DNA from: Catajapyx aquilonaris
Taxonomy: Eukaryota
Reading direction: 5' to 3'
DNA length: 37,981 nt
NCBI GenBank assembly: GCA_000934665.2
Contig: JYFJ02003751.1
Location: 1 to 37,981 of the forward strand
In this document: one piece after another, positions 27,279 through 37,981 of the stretch
How positions within the stretch are numbered: position 1 is the first letter of the stretch
Layout: each line of letters begins with the position of its first letter
Program-made: the position numbers and the translations under genes
Notes under the pieces: model-generated
Told to the model about the DNA's origin: nothing
Databases searched by the model: none
Seen by the model: the letters and a program-made list of their open reading frames with translations, nothing else

Positions 27279-28478
27279 CTAGTTCCTCTTTAGCCTCCTC
27301 CACATCCTCTGACACCAAACCATCACTGAAAGCCACACAATCTCAAGGTTTCTTCGGTACCAGAGCTGACTGTATTCCGCATGCACATTGTGCATAGAGT
27401 TTGAAAACTTCTTGAAAAAGTCCGCCATCTCATCAGCAGTCAGTGTGCTACACTTCACTTTGCCATCCGGATATTTCTCCCTGAGACATTGCTGTACAAA
27501 GGCATCCCTCTCTATTCGGTGGATCATGTTATGCTGGTACCAGTACTCCTGGTTCCACCTCTGGACGGATTCTTTCTTCTCCCTGCAGCATCTTTCTAAG
27601 GCTGTCTCATTCTCCGGAATACAGAAGATCACAGGATGCAGGTTGCTAATGGGATTTACTGGGCCGATCCAGTCATTCTTGAGTTTTGGAAGGCCCAGTT
27701 GGAGAATCCCTCTATCTGTACTAAATCGCTGTGAAGAAAACAAAAGCTGTTTTAACAGTTGGAACAGTAGGAAGCAGCAGTTATGTCCAACTTGCAACTC
27801 CTTGCCATGAGTATAACCAGGGTATAACTCCCTTCTTTCCATATTTATTAATAAATGGTGTTAACGGTAGGTACTCTTCAACAGCATTGTTTTGCAAGTA
27901 TTATTTCTTGATTTTCATGACAAATAAGAGTATTGATCATCCTCCTTCCCTAGATCATCAATGATTCTAGCCTAGGATTCTTGGGCATGCTCAGTCGTAG
28001 TTCTCAGCAATTTTGGGCACTTCCATGTGTACGAACAGCAATATTCCTAGACTAAAATTATGTGACATGTATGCACAATACTTTATGTATAATCAGTGTG
28101 CACACTGGCCATATGCTGCCAGAATCAAATTACTGTTAGATTGTTCTATTCAACATCCGCCCTTGACGAATTACATAACCCCACCTTGGCCTGCTCTTCT
28201 TTTGGGACACTGTCTCCTTCTGGGAACCTGGTCCTCCGCATGACGGCCAGCTGCGTGTAGATCCTGGCCATCTCCTGGTCCTCCTTTTCCATCCCAACCG
28301 GCCCCTTGCCCTCTTTACCACCGCTTTCCTCCACGTCCAAGTCCAGCTGCATGACCACGGGAGGAGGCTTGAGCGTCTCCACCGCTACCTTCTGCGCTGT
28401 GGCCGAGCACCGTCTGGCAGCCCCCATCCCGCCGTACCCGTGGGGCAAGCGGAACACACGGACGGGAACGGCGTACAT
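27279..28478 (-). CDS. COA8: Cytochrome c oxidase assembly factor 8 / APOPT1; exons 28478-28185 and 27728-27279
   Basis: DWIGPVNPISNLHPVIFCIPENETALE...WNQEYW...LTADEMADFFKKF...WYRRN matches the APOPT1 family. Exon 1 begins with an Arg-rich presequence-like segment. Phase-0 intron. Confidence 0.88.
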
Positions 28479-30435
28479 GGCCACACGCGAAAATATGTCG
28501 AGATTCGAACAAGTTACGTGCCTCTGCCAGCCGCCATATTGAAATACCATTCGATCCAATTTCAGCCCGAGTCTAGCCCTCACGAGGTGGCTAGACTAAG
28601 GCTGGAATTATAATACGACCATTTTTACATATGCACAGCGCAATAAATGCATAAAATATTTAACGTGTAATTATACTGTAATGCTGATTCCTGCATTAGC
28701 AAGAGCAGTGCAGTAATTCCAACACTCAATATTCTTTGCCAAAATTTTGAGCGGGAATTTCATCAAGGTTAGCCTCTGCGTGTCTCCATGCACCTGTTTT
28801 GCCAGTCCTCTACTAAACAAGGGGTAAACCACACATGCACATTCAAGCACCTATACACACACACACACACCCAAGAAGTGCACAAGACGGCCTGTGATGA
28901 GATAACCGCCCCGCGCCGGTTCCCTTCCGTCCAATGCACTCGCTCAGCTGAGGAGGGTCAAGCAACTCGTCTCCTGCACAGCTCCCCCAAATAATAGTAA
29001 CAGCTCGTGCAGGTCACCTTAAAATTGAATCAATAGTTGTAACTGCCAAGGTCATCATTGTCCGAGGTCTAGGCCGCCGTCTAGCGTGCATTTCGTTCAG
29101 CGAATTCCCTCGGTGAGTATGCATTCAGTTCGGCCTTTGTGCTGTGCAAAGAAGCATCTGCGAGGGATAAGGTGGGAAATTGAAGAGTATCAAGAACTAC
29201 ACATTGCAAGTGCAATTTTAGGCAATATTCACGGCTGCTGTACAACACTGGTGACTGCAGGTCAAGTCTTTCATTTTCTACTTTACTGGAGTTGACTTTT
29301 TGTTTTGTTTTTTGCAGCATGTTACAATATCACACATTTTTTGGCCTTTTTTTCTGGCGTTGATGATTAGATTTTTACACCTTCACGCTGTGAATTCATC
29401 ACTTTTTAGATACATTAGCACTGAACTAATGGCTTGTCTGAGAGTTCTAAATAATTTCACCATTGCTGTTATTATTGTTATGATGTAAGCAAGGTACAAT
29501 AATAATCATAGCAATTCTGAATGTCATTTGAAACTTTTATGAATATAAGTGTTGATATCCCAGCGCAGACATACCAGTACATACAGTACAGTACATTCAT
29601 ATATTATTTGTGCCTCTGAGGATTTTTTTTCCCCTGAGGGGATATAAGCAACAGATGAGGCATGAATACATAAACAGATAAGAAATTAATCTGTAGATTA
29701 AGTACTGCACTTCAACCCTTGTTCCTCGATTCTCATACACTGCATAGTAATGCTAGCTACTCGTTTCTTGGCTTCAGTGCTTTGGCATAATACGGTACAG
29801 TAGTCTAGATAACATGGCAATTATTCTAGAAAAATTTCGGTGCAAGTTTCGAAATTACCATTGCCGCCGTTTTTAACGTCCTGCAGTTATGACATGGATG
29901 TCATATTTGTTAATTTATTCGTGAAGCTGACCACGAAGGGAAACTTCAAATGTTTTTTGTGTAAACGTAGGCCCTATCTAATCATAATGATGATAATTAT
30001 ATCGCATTAGGTAATTATATTATCTGTGTACTGTATAATTATTGTATTGGTGATTCGAGAAACACAGAGTAATCAGCCTCGATTTTATCCGAACTTTCGA
30101 ATATTCAGAATATATAATAATACATTAATATCAGTTATCACGCTATTATTTACTGATTTATGCTGCGCACAGGCATTCTCTACTCCTGGCATATGCTTTG
30201 ACTTCTGCTAATCTCCCCTCAACCTCCCAGATTTTTTTATCAGCAATTCAATTACATTGCCTAGTTTCAGAATTCAGTTTAATAAACCCGACCCTAAATT
30301 TTTACTGTACGTCCGGAATAATGACGATTATATTGAGTATAGACTACTCGATAAATTTTGATAATTTGAAATATTCTTTATTCCCACAGGCCAACTGGAA
30401 CGAAAATCTGCTGCCAAGTAGACCCTGTGTTTACC

Positions 30436-32712
30436 ATGGAGCCAGAGCATCAAAAGGCTATAAATGATAATCTCCAGATTTTGGTTGAGAAGACCAACTT
30501 TGAGTCTCTGTCCAAAATGCTTGTGGTGTATGGAATCATTACAAGAGAAACCCGGCGTCGTATTAATTCGGTCAGTAGAAAATCGCACGATATCATTATG
30601 ATTGGCACAACAGACCTGTAACTATTTCCATAGCCTGAGTCACTGTGCTATCTAAGGTTATCTATTATTTCGATAATCAGAACAATGACGTACGTGTTAT
30701 CAGAGACCAGTTGGCGGAACCAACAGGAAAATATATTTCTTAATGGAATTTATATTCTTTCACTGCTAACTTATCTCCGCATGCAAGCCATAATAGTAAT
30801 AGCATGTTACCCAGATGTTACCTTCTCAGTAATGAAAACGATACTCTGTATATGTCCAGATGTTGTTTCTTTAATGTACATATTATATTGCATCATCATT
30901 TTCACTCGTGAATTTCAGCTTAATGACAACAATAAACCAATGTTATGTTGATGCACTTTTATTTTTCAGGAAAATCCCAGCATCGGTGCGAAGAATCGTG
31001 CTTTGTACAAGCATATTCAAACCATCCCTTCAGCATTCAAAAAATTGATTGATTCATTGCTTGAAACTAACCAGAATGAATTAGCTGGACTGATTGGAAA
31101 GTATGAATATTTCCTCTCATATAAACATCAACTCCAATTAAAGATCGAGCTGTATGATAGTGGTTGCACTTTCTTTCCCAGGATTGATGTCAAATGTGCG
31201 CTAGATTGTGCTCAGAAGGGCAGCAGTGACGAAGATCCTCTGGTGATCATCGTGAAAAAAGCAGAGATGCACAAGGGGCCCAGCAACTCTGAGGTAACTC
31301 CCCTTCTGTTACATTTGTTTATCAGATTTCGGTGTATACATAAGGGAATCGTAATTTTACCTATTACAGTCATACAAGATGGGTTCCAATCCAAAGGGAA
31401 ACGCTTTAATAATCAACAACATAGACTTTATACCAGAGTTACATTTGTTGAAGAGGGATGGGGCAGAGGTCGATGGGAACAATATGAGGTCCTTGTTGGC
31501 TGGCCTGGGATATAGGGTTCAGTATCATGAGAACTGTGATCAAATGGTATGTAGTATTTTATGATTTTCAAGGAAAAACACTAAACCTATAGTTCACCAC
31601 CCTATTTGAAATAATAAAATCCACTTAAACCTGCAGGCAATGAGGAATCAAATTGTCAAATTTTCTGAAATGGAGGAGCACAAAGACGTTGACTCAGCTA
31701 TAATTGTAATCATGTCCCATGGCACAAAGGACGTGTTCTACTCAACTGATAGCAAAGAAATCCGTGAAGCATGGGTACTATCCCAATTCAACAATGTCCG
31801 ATGCCCAGCTCTTCTGGGCAAACCCAAAATTTTCTTCTTTCAAGCATGCAGGTACTGTGTTAGTACAAGTATGTATTATTTTGCAGCCTACCAATAAATT
31901 AACAAATTATTTAATAATTAATTCAGTTAAGTTAGAAGTTAATAAAGAAACATCGCATGCTTCTCTGTCATGTCACTGTAAGAAAACATTTCAGGGGAGA
32001 TGAAGAGGATTTAGGACATCGGTATGGATCAGATGGCCATTCCCAGGAACCAAAATCAAACACACAACCTGAAGCACTTGATGTCACTTGCTCAGACATG
32101 TATGTGGTTCGCTCAACAGTCTCAGGTAAAGATGTTCATATATGTAAGGTGAATTCACATGCTACCATAAGAGATGTTGAGCATTACAAGTGATTTGGGA
32201 TGGGAAGCTGTTTCACACTCTGACTTCACTCTGTCCTGCAAACATGACAAACACGTACAAGCCTATACGACCCAAACTCCTCATTTAAATGCCACCTTTA
32301 TGATATATGTATAAGCAACATTCAACTGGTACCGCATTACAATATTAATGTGTCTATATAAGAGTAATAATCTATTTAGATTAATGTATATTTATCTCTC
32401 TTTTTACAGGATATGTCTCCATTCGGGACCATATACGAGGAAGCTGGTTTATAGAAGTTTTATGTGTGGTTTTTATGGAGTGGGCCTGTAAGAAACACCT
32501 GGAGGCACTGATACGCAAAGTGAGCAGAGAGAATCGTACTGTCATAATTTATTGTCTAATAAGGTACAGTAATCCTAGCTTTATTTTTCATTTAGGCCCA
32601 GCAGAGAATAGCACGCATGACAGACGGGGTTGGACGTAAACAAATGCTTTCTGGGGAGACTGTGGGAATGATGTACAAGGTATATTTTAATCCTGACTCA
32701 TATGATGATTGA
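30436..32712 (+). CDS. Initiator-type caspase with CARD-like prodomain (Dronc/caspase-2/9-like); exons 30436-30570, 30970-31100, 31182-31293, 31370-31546, 31637-31851, 31995-32125, 32410-32519, 32596-32712
   Basis: PKGNALIINN, RDGAEVD, IMSHG, KPKIFFFQACR|G, GYVSIRD..RGSWFI. The N-terminal about 90 aa (MEPEHQKAINDNLQILVEK...AFKKLIDSLLETNQNELAGLI) has a CARD-like pattern. Confidence 0.9.
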
Positions 32713-33276
32713 CGATCATAACAACATACAACAGTGAAAGACTCCTGAAGAAAGAAGCTACTTCTTCCTAATTTGTGTAGAGTGCCAAATATGACTCATT
32801 CATAGCCATAACCATGGGTCATTTCTTGTGAGACTGGCCACCTTTTTATGCACTCTTACCGATTCTTTTTATTATGTTTGGTACATGTTGTACTAATGTA
32901 TAGGAGTCTCTGAGCAAATCCATTTTGCATCCACCACTTGGTTCCTACGTCTGGCATATTATGTTGCCATCTTCGAGCAGTTCTTTGGAGGTCAAAATTA
33001 CTTGCAAATATTAAGCGAAGGTGTAGTGAATGAGATAATTATATGTTCATCATTTTAAACATATATAGATATTCAAGGCTTTAGTATCTAGATGATTTTT
33101 AATGTACCATTTAAATCACTTTTCATGAACATTTCTGCTTTTTTGTCACATTCAACCATAAAAAAGATATAGATTTGTGTGCCAAGAGGGCCAAGACAGT
33201 GTTGACACTTTGGAAGTTTCTTTAAATGTAAGGGGCATAATTTTTAAAGGGTGGTTATCAATAATTTCTGACAATG

Positions 33277-33430
33277 CAGTAGACTCCAGATATAAGAGAC
33301 TTCAAGGGACTGCGGAAGTCAATCTGCTACAACCCAGGTTTGTTATATCCAAATACACAGGTCATTATGGAAGTGTGACCGGACCAGCCTTTCGAGTCTT
33401 CTATAACTGAAAGTCAGTTATTGCCGAGGT
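33277..33430. mobile_element. Degenerate pogo-type MITE related to the element at 17676
   Basis: Begins CAGTAGACTCCAGATATAA (compare CAGTTGACTCTGGATATAA), with internal GTTATATCC; right end eroded. Confidence 0.45.
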
Positions 33431-35421
33431 GTTCACATATCTGGTGAGGGGCTAAACTTTTATTTATAAATCATTTTTAAGTGTACCTGGGTGATTTTTA
33501 AACACATGAGATTGTAATACATTGTGCAGTTGGAGAAAAATAAACTTTTTAAATAACATGTCAAAATATTCCACCATATTATGTTGGTTCTTTGGGATAT
33601 ATGTTTCGAGTCACAGCTTATAGAAAAGAGCCCTCCCCTCCATTCCCACCCACCCCCAATCCTCACACACTTTCCTTTCTTTGCAGGAGTCTAGCTCGAT
33701 GAGGGAATGGAGGAGAAGGTTCTCTATATGTGGACTTCCAAGTTAACCTGTTGAGGGCGTGGCTCATATATATGCCAGTCTCCCCCAATGAGTACTATTG
33801 GATCAAAGCAAGCCTAAAATGTATGTGCGAGAAAAGTTGAAAACCCAACCACTGACAGTGAACGTATGGTTGCTCCGAGTGTTGCTCGTTAGACAAAAAT
33901 GTGGTCAACTACCTTGCATCTTACATCCTGGAACATATTCACAGAAAAGCATCTCAGCATGTTCTGTGCCAAGGATTTGGTCTTCGTTGTCTGCATTGTT
34001 AGCTATTTGGTTTAAAATTTCTTAATCCTACATATGAGGCTGTCTTAGGCCCAGGAGTACCCTGACATGAGATTGGCCCGGAATTCTGATTCAACCGGCA
34101 TTATTATTTAAAAACTACATCACTGGGACATGAGGAATAATAGTGCAAGTTTCTTGGCAGGCATTTTGGTTGTTACAATCATTCAGGTCAAGAGAAGAAT
34201 TTCAATTAGCCACAATTCAGGAAACGAAGCTGTACAATAGGAATATTCATAAAATACTGACGACTCACTAAAATTATTCACTTATGACTGAATTGGTTTT
34301 GCAGCATCTCAAGATTGGGCCCCACTGCTGACCCAGAATGGATTGGTCAGTGTGTTACATGTATGGAATCTAATTCTCCATTGCAGGACACTACTCCCAG
34401 CTTGAATCTATCTTTTGTGGTTCTGGTAATTTAGCCATTACATCGAATAAAAATTAAATTGCAACTCCTATGATATCAGCTGAGTTCCCTGAATAATTCC
34501 AACACTGCCTCAGCATTCTTCATTGACAAACAGCTGAGTAAACAGAAAACTACATAGCAATGTTGGTTGGTCCCTTCTAGTTGGAGGAATGCAGACGAAA
34601 GGGAGTTGATGTGGACTGGCTGGGTAAGGAGGGCAGCATGCATGCATCCAACATAGATCCACAGTGGATGAGAAAAAATATGAATTAGATGGGACTCTAT
34701 AGCGGTACCTTAGGCTGCAGCTGGGTTGGTACTGTACGTAAGAATTTGCTCATTCATGTCCTGGGTCTCATTTTGTGAACCTTGTGCACTAGCACTAGTC
34801 AGGAAGGTGGGTAAGCAATTGCAATGAGGATGTGAACAGTCATTGCTGGAGTATATTTAGAAGGAAGCAGCTCCTAAATATATTCAAAGCAAGTGAATGT
34901 TGAGTAGTAATATACCAATATCTCAGCATCTTTTTCTTTCATAACAATTCTTTAGATACCACTATAAATAGCAGCCTATGGGCAGAGTGGGAGTGTATGA
35001 CAGCATTTCCAATCCCTCACACTCTCTCCCACTGCTCCAGGTTACAGATTGTGCTGTCTTTCCTGAAGGAAAACAACAACTGTAGACTGTAGTGTAGAGC
35101 AGGAATGGTTGGTTCATGAGGGCCCGTGGGAGGCCTCCACCTTAACCCATCCCACCCATGCCTCAGTGAACAGCAGCAATTTTTTAATACTAGGATGATA
35201 AGCCTGTAATCTAATCAGCTGTACAAGCAAGTTATCAGAGTGGGTGGAGCAGTGGACAAAATTACTTCCACACAGACCCTAGCAGTAGTTCCACAACTGC
35301 TGTCACAAGTGTTGCCTCTTTTACTCTACATAGGTATTTAACCCAACTGCTCTGCAGATGGACCTAACTGCATCATCAAAGGCAACTCTCTCAAAAACCT
35401 TTTGACATTGGGCAGTAAGAA

Positions 35422-37697
35422 ATGGCAAGACGCCAAGAACACTTGGATGACGAGAGAACCTTGTATGCTGCCGTTGCTCACGGACACTTGGGCATTGTAG
35501 AAAAACTTTTGCAAGATGGTATGGATGTGAACATGCGAAACAACAACTATGAGACACCTTTGATCATCGCTGCTCGTGCAGGTAATGCTGCAATGTGCAA
35601 GTTTCTCATTGAAAACGGTACCAGCATCAATAACCAGTCAAATGATGGGATGGATGCTTTACACGAATCTGCAAGAAATGGATGGGTAGAAATATGCCGA
35701 CTTCTCTTGGCCAACGGAGCAAATGTGGACAGTCGAGATAATAGAGCCAACACGCCTTTGCACTTGGCAGCACAATCAGGAAAACTAGAAGTGATCAAAT
35801 TGTTGTTGCAGCGCCAAGCAGATCTTCTTTCATATAATGATGAAGGTCATACTCCCCTCAGTCTGTCAATTTTGCATGACCATGCTGAAACAGCATTCTA
35901 CCTGCTAGACTTTGCATCCAAGCAACAAAGGTAAGTGTCCACATTAACTTAGAAAGAACTGATTCATTAGGTCTATTTGTTTATGGGCCAGTTAAGCCCT
36001 GGTGTAATGCCAATGTAAGCACCATATTAATTTATTCCAGTAAAGGGAGAGCTGGAGCATGCCCTAGCTTGACTGCATTTGTTTATTTCAGTCATTACGT
36101 CATTTATGTCATTACAATGTCCTACACACTGACTGCCCAATAAACAAATGGACCTATTACTTGCAATCATCGTTGTCCAATACATAGTCATCTCTACACA
36201 CAGTTTCCTTTTGCTTATTTTGCATGGTGTGGATCTATGGTGATATGAATAAAATTACCCACAATAAGCGAGGTTGTATCAACTGGAGAAATACACCTTG
36301 AAGCTGACGGGGTTTCAAGAACCACAGTTACACGTCCTCGTACAGCAGGCACTGAGGTACAATAATTATTGTGGTATAGTATGCATTGAACATTTAAAAT
36401 GACTGTCTTTCCCATTTCACAGGAAGTTTATCAGATGCAATCTAATCCAAAAGGATTTGCTCTTGTTATAAACAACATTAATTTCACACCTTTCTCTGGT
36501 TTAAAGGAGCGAAAAGGAGCAAAAGTTGATGGGGAAAACATTAGTGAGCTGTTAAAGTATATGAATTACGAAGTGGAATACCATGAGAACTGCACTCGAC
36601 AAGTGAGTGTAATCATAATTTTAACTGCGTACAGTTGAATGAAAGGGATTTTAATTCCGCATTATTTCGCATATTAGGACATGGTAGATATACTCATAGC
36701 GTTTTCTAACAAGAACCATACTCAAGTGGACTCAGCAATAATTGTGATAATGAGCCATGGTAATAAGGATGTCTTTTACTCAACGGATGGTTGGGTGGTA
36801 GCTGATTCTTTTGTATTCTGGTGTTTAAACAATAGTCAATGTCCAACACTGAGGGAAAAGCCCAAAATTTTTATATTTCAGGCATGCAGGTTAGTTGAAT
36901 TAAATTATTTCTTATTCCTGATGAAATAAGTAATCCTTAATTATGAATTTCATTTCCATGTTACATATCAAAGGGGTGACAAAGGTGATTATGGCTCAAA
37001 AGGTACTGATTCTGCAAAGAGCAGTGTCACAGATCAACATCCAGCTTACGACAATGTTACCCATTCTGACATGTATATTGCACGCTCAACCATACCAGGT
37101 GACGTTATGGGTTCTCCTCCTGAACATTGAATTTGGTCCACAGTTATATTGGGTGGGTTTTTATCCTACTGGTGAAGTTAGCAGTACTTAGCACCCATGG
37201 GATAGCTTGTAGGAAAGTGCACATTAGCAGTCGTGTCCTGCATGATGAATAATAACACCTAGACTTCTTGGAAACAAGACTTGTTTTTCTCATTCGGATT
37301 TTTTGGTGTTTGTGTGGTGCATTTTTTTATGCTTCATATGACATCACCTTAAACTTCACAGCTGCATAAATTCTACCGCATTCAAGTAATTTACAACAGC
37401 TGACCATTTCTCTACTGTGCAGGGTATGTTTCCTTCCTCGATGAAGAAAGCGGTAGCTGGTTTGTGGAAGAAATATGTGCAGTATTCAGAGAATTGGCTC
37501 ATGAAGAGGACCTGGAATCTATGATGAAAAAAGTCAGTAAAAGGGGTTTTTATTATTGAAAAGACACTAATGATGTTCTCCTTTTCCAGGTGATGAAGAG
37601 AGTTGCTTCTAGGAGTGATGAATGGGGTCAGAAGCAAACAGTAGCAGGAGAAAGCTATGGACTAATGTATAAGGTCTATTTTAACTTGCACCCATAA
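35422..37697 (+). CDS. Caspase with predicted N-terminal ankyrin repeats; exons 35422-35930, 36269-36356, 36423-36602, 36678-36889, 36974-37098, 37423-37532, 37590-37697
   Basis: Exon 1 has about 5 ankyrin repeats (TLYAAVAHGH, TPLIIAARAGN, ALHESARNGW, TPLHLAAQSGK, TPLSLSILHDH) and ends at a strong donor AG|GTAAGT. Downstream are PKGFALVINN, RKGAKVD, IMSHG, KPKIFIFQACR|G and GSWFV. The linker exon 36269-36356 is phase-compatible but has a weak acceptor. Confidence 0.8.
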
Positions 37698-37981
37698 TTC
37701 TCATTTTAATAAACTATTGTAATAGCAATAACCACCCCACAATAAAATTGTCATTTAATAACCAGCTAGAATTCCTTGGTTGGAAAGTGCAACCAAACTG
37801 CATGCGTACCTGGTGTCCAACAAGAATATTGTCGCAGTGGCAGCGCACGAACTACAGTCTCTCATGTCCCTGTGCCCGTAGATTGTACTTGCCCAAACCC
37901 AGAATAATTCGCTCACCCTGATATTTCCCAGTTGAGAATATGGAAATGACGAAATATAAATTAATTGCACATAAATAGGGT

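Noticed and set aside
28750..29950. NF-kB-like (GGGAATTTC, GGGAAACTTC) and HSE-like motifs upstream of the first caspase
   Set aside because: Imperfect and scattered; not distinguishable from chance.

Overview
Gene-dense eukaryotic genomic DNA with short GT-AG introns, probably from an arthropod (inferred from repeat types and protein families; species not determinable). I assembled 10 recognisable protein-coding genes by hand: NAA38/LSMD1 (-), a cytosolic Hsp70 (-) head-to-head with an intronless-CDS ZPR1 (+) across an HSE-rich promoter, DDB2 (-) head-to-head with LZIC (+), two divergently oriented ABCB6/HMT1 paralogs, COA8/APOPT1 (-), and two tandem caspases. There is also one possible orphan gene. 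Most notable: the second caspase appears to carry an ankyrin-repeat prodomain instead of the CARD-like prodomain of its neighbour, and it has Leu in place of the Asp-binding S1 arginine. Also notable are the Hsp70/ZPR1 promoter, reciprocal intron differences between the ABCB6 paralogs, and a Helitron > MITE > hAT-MITE nest. All exon structures are manual predictions.
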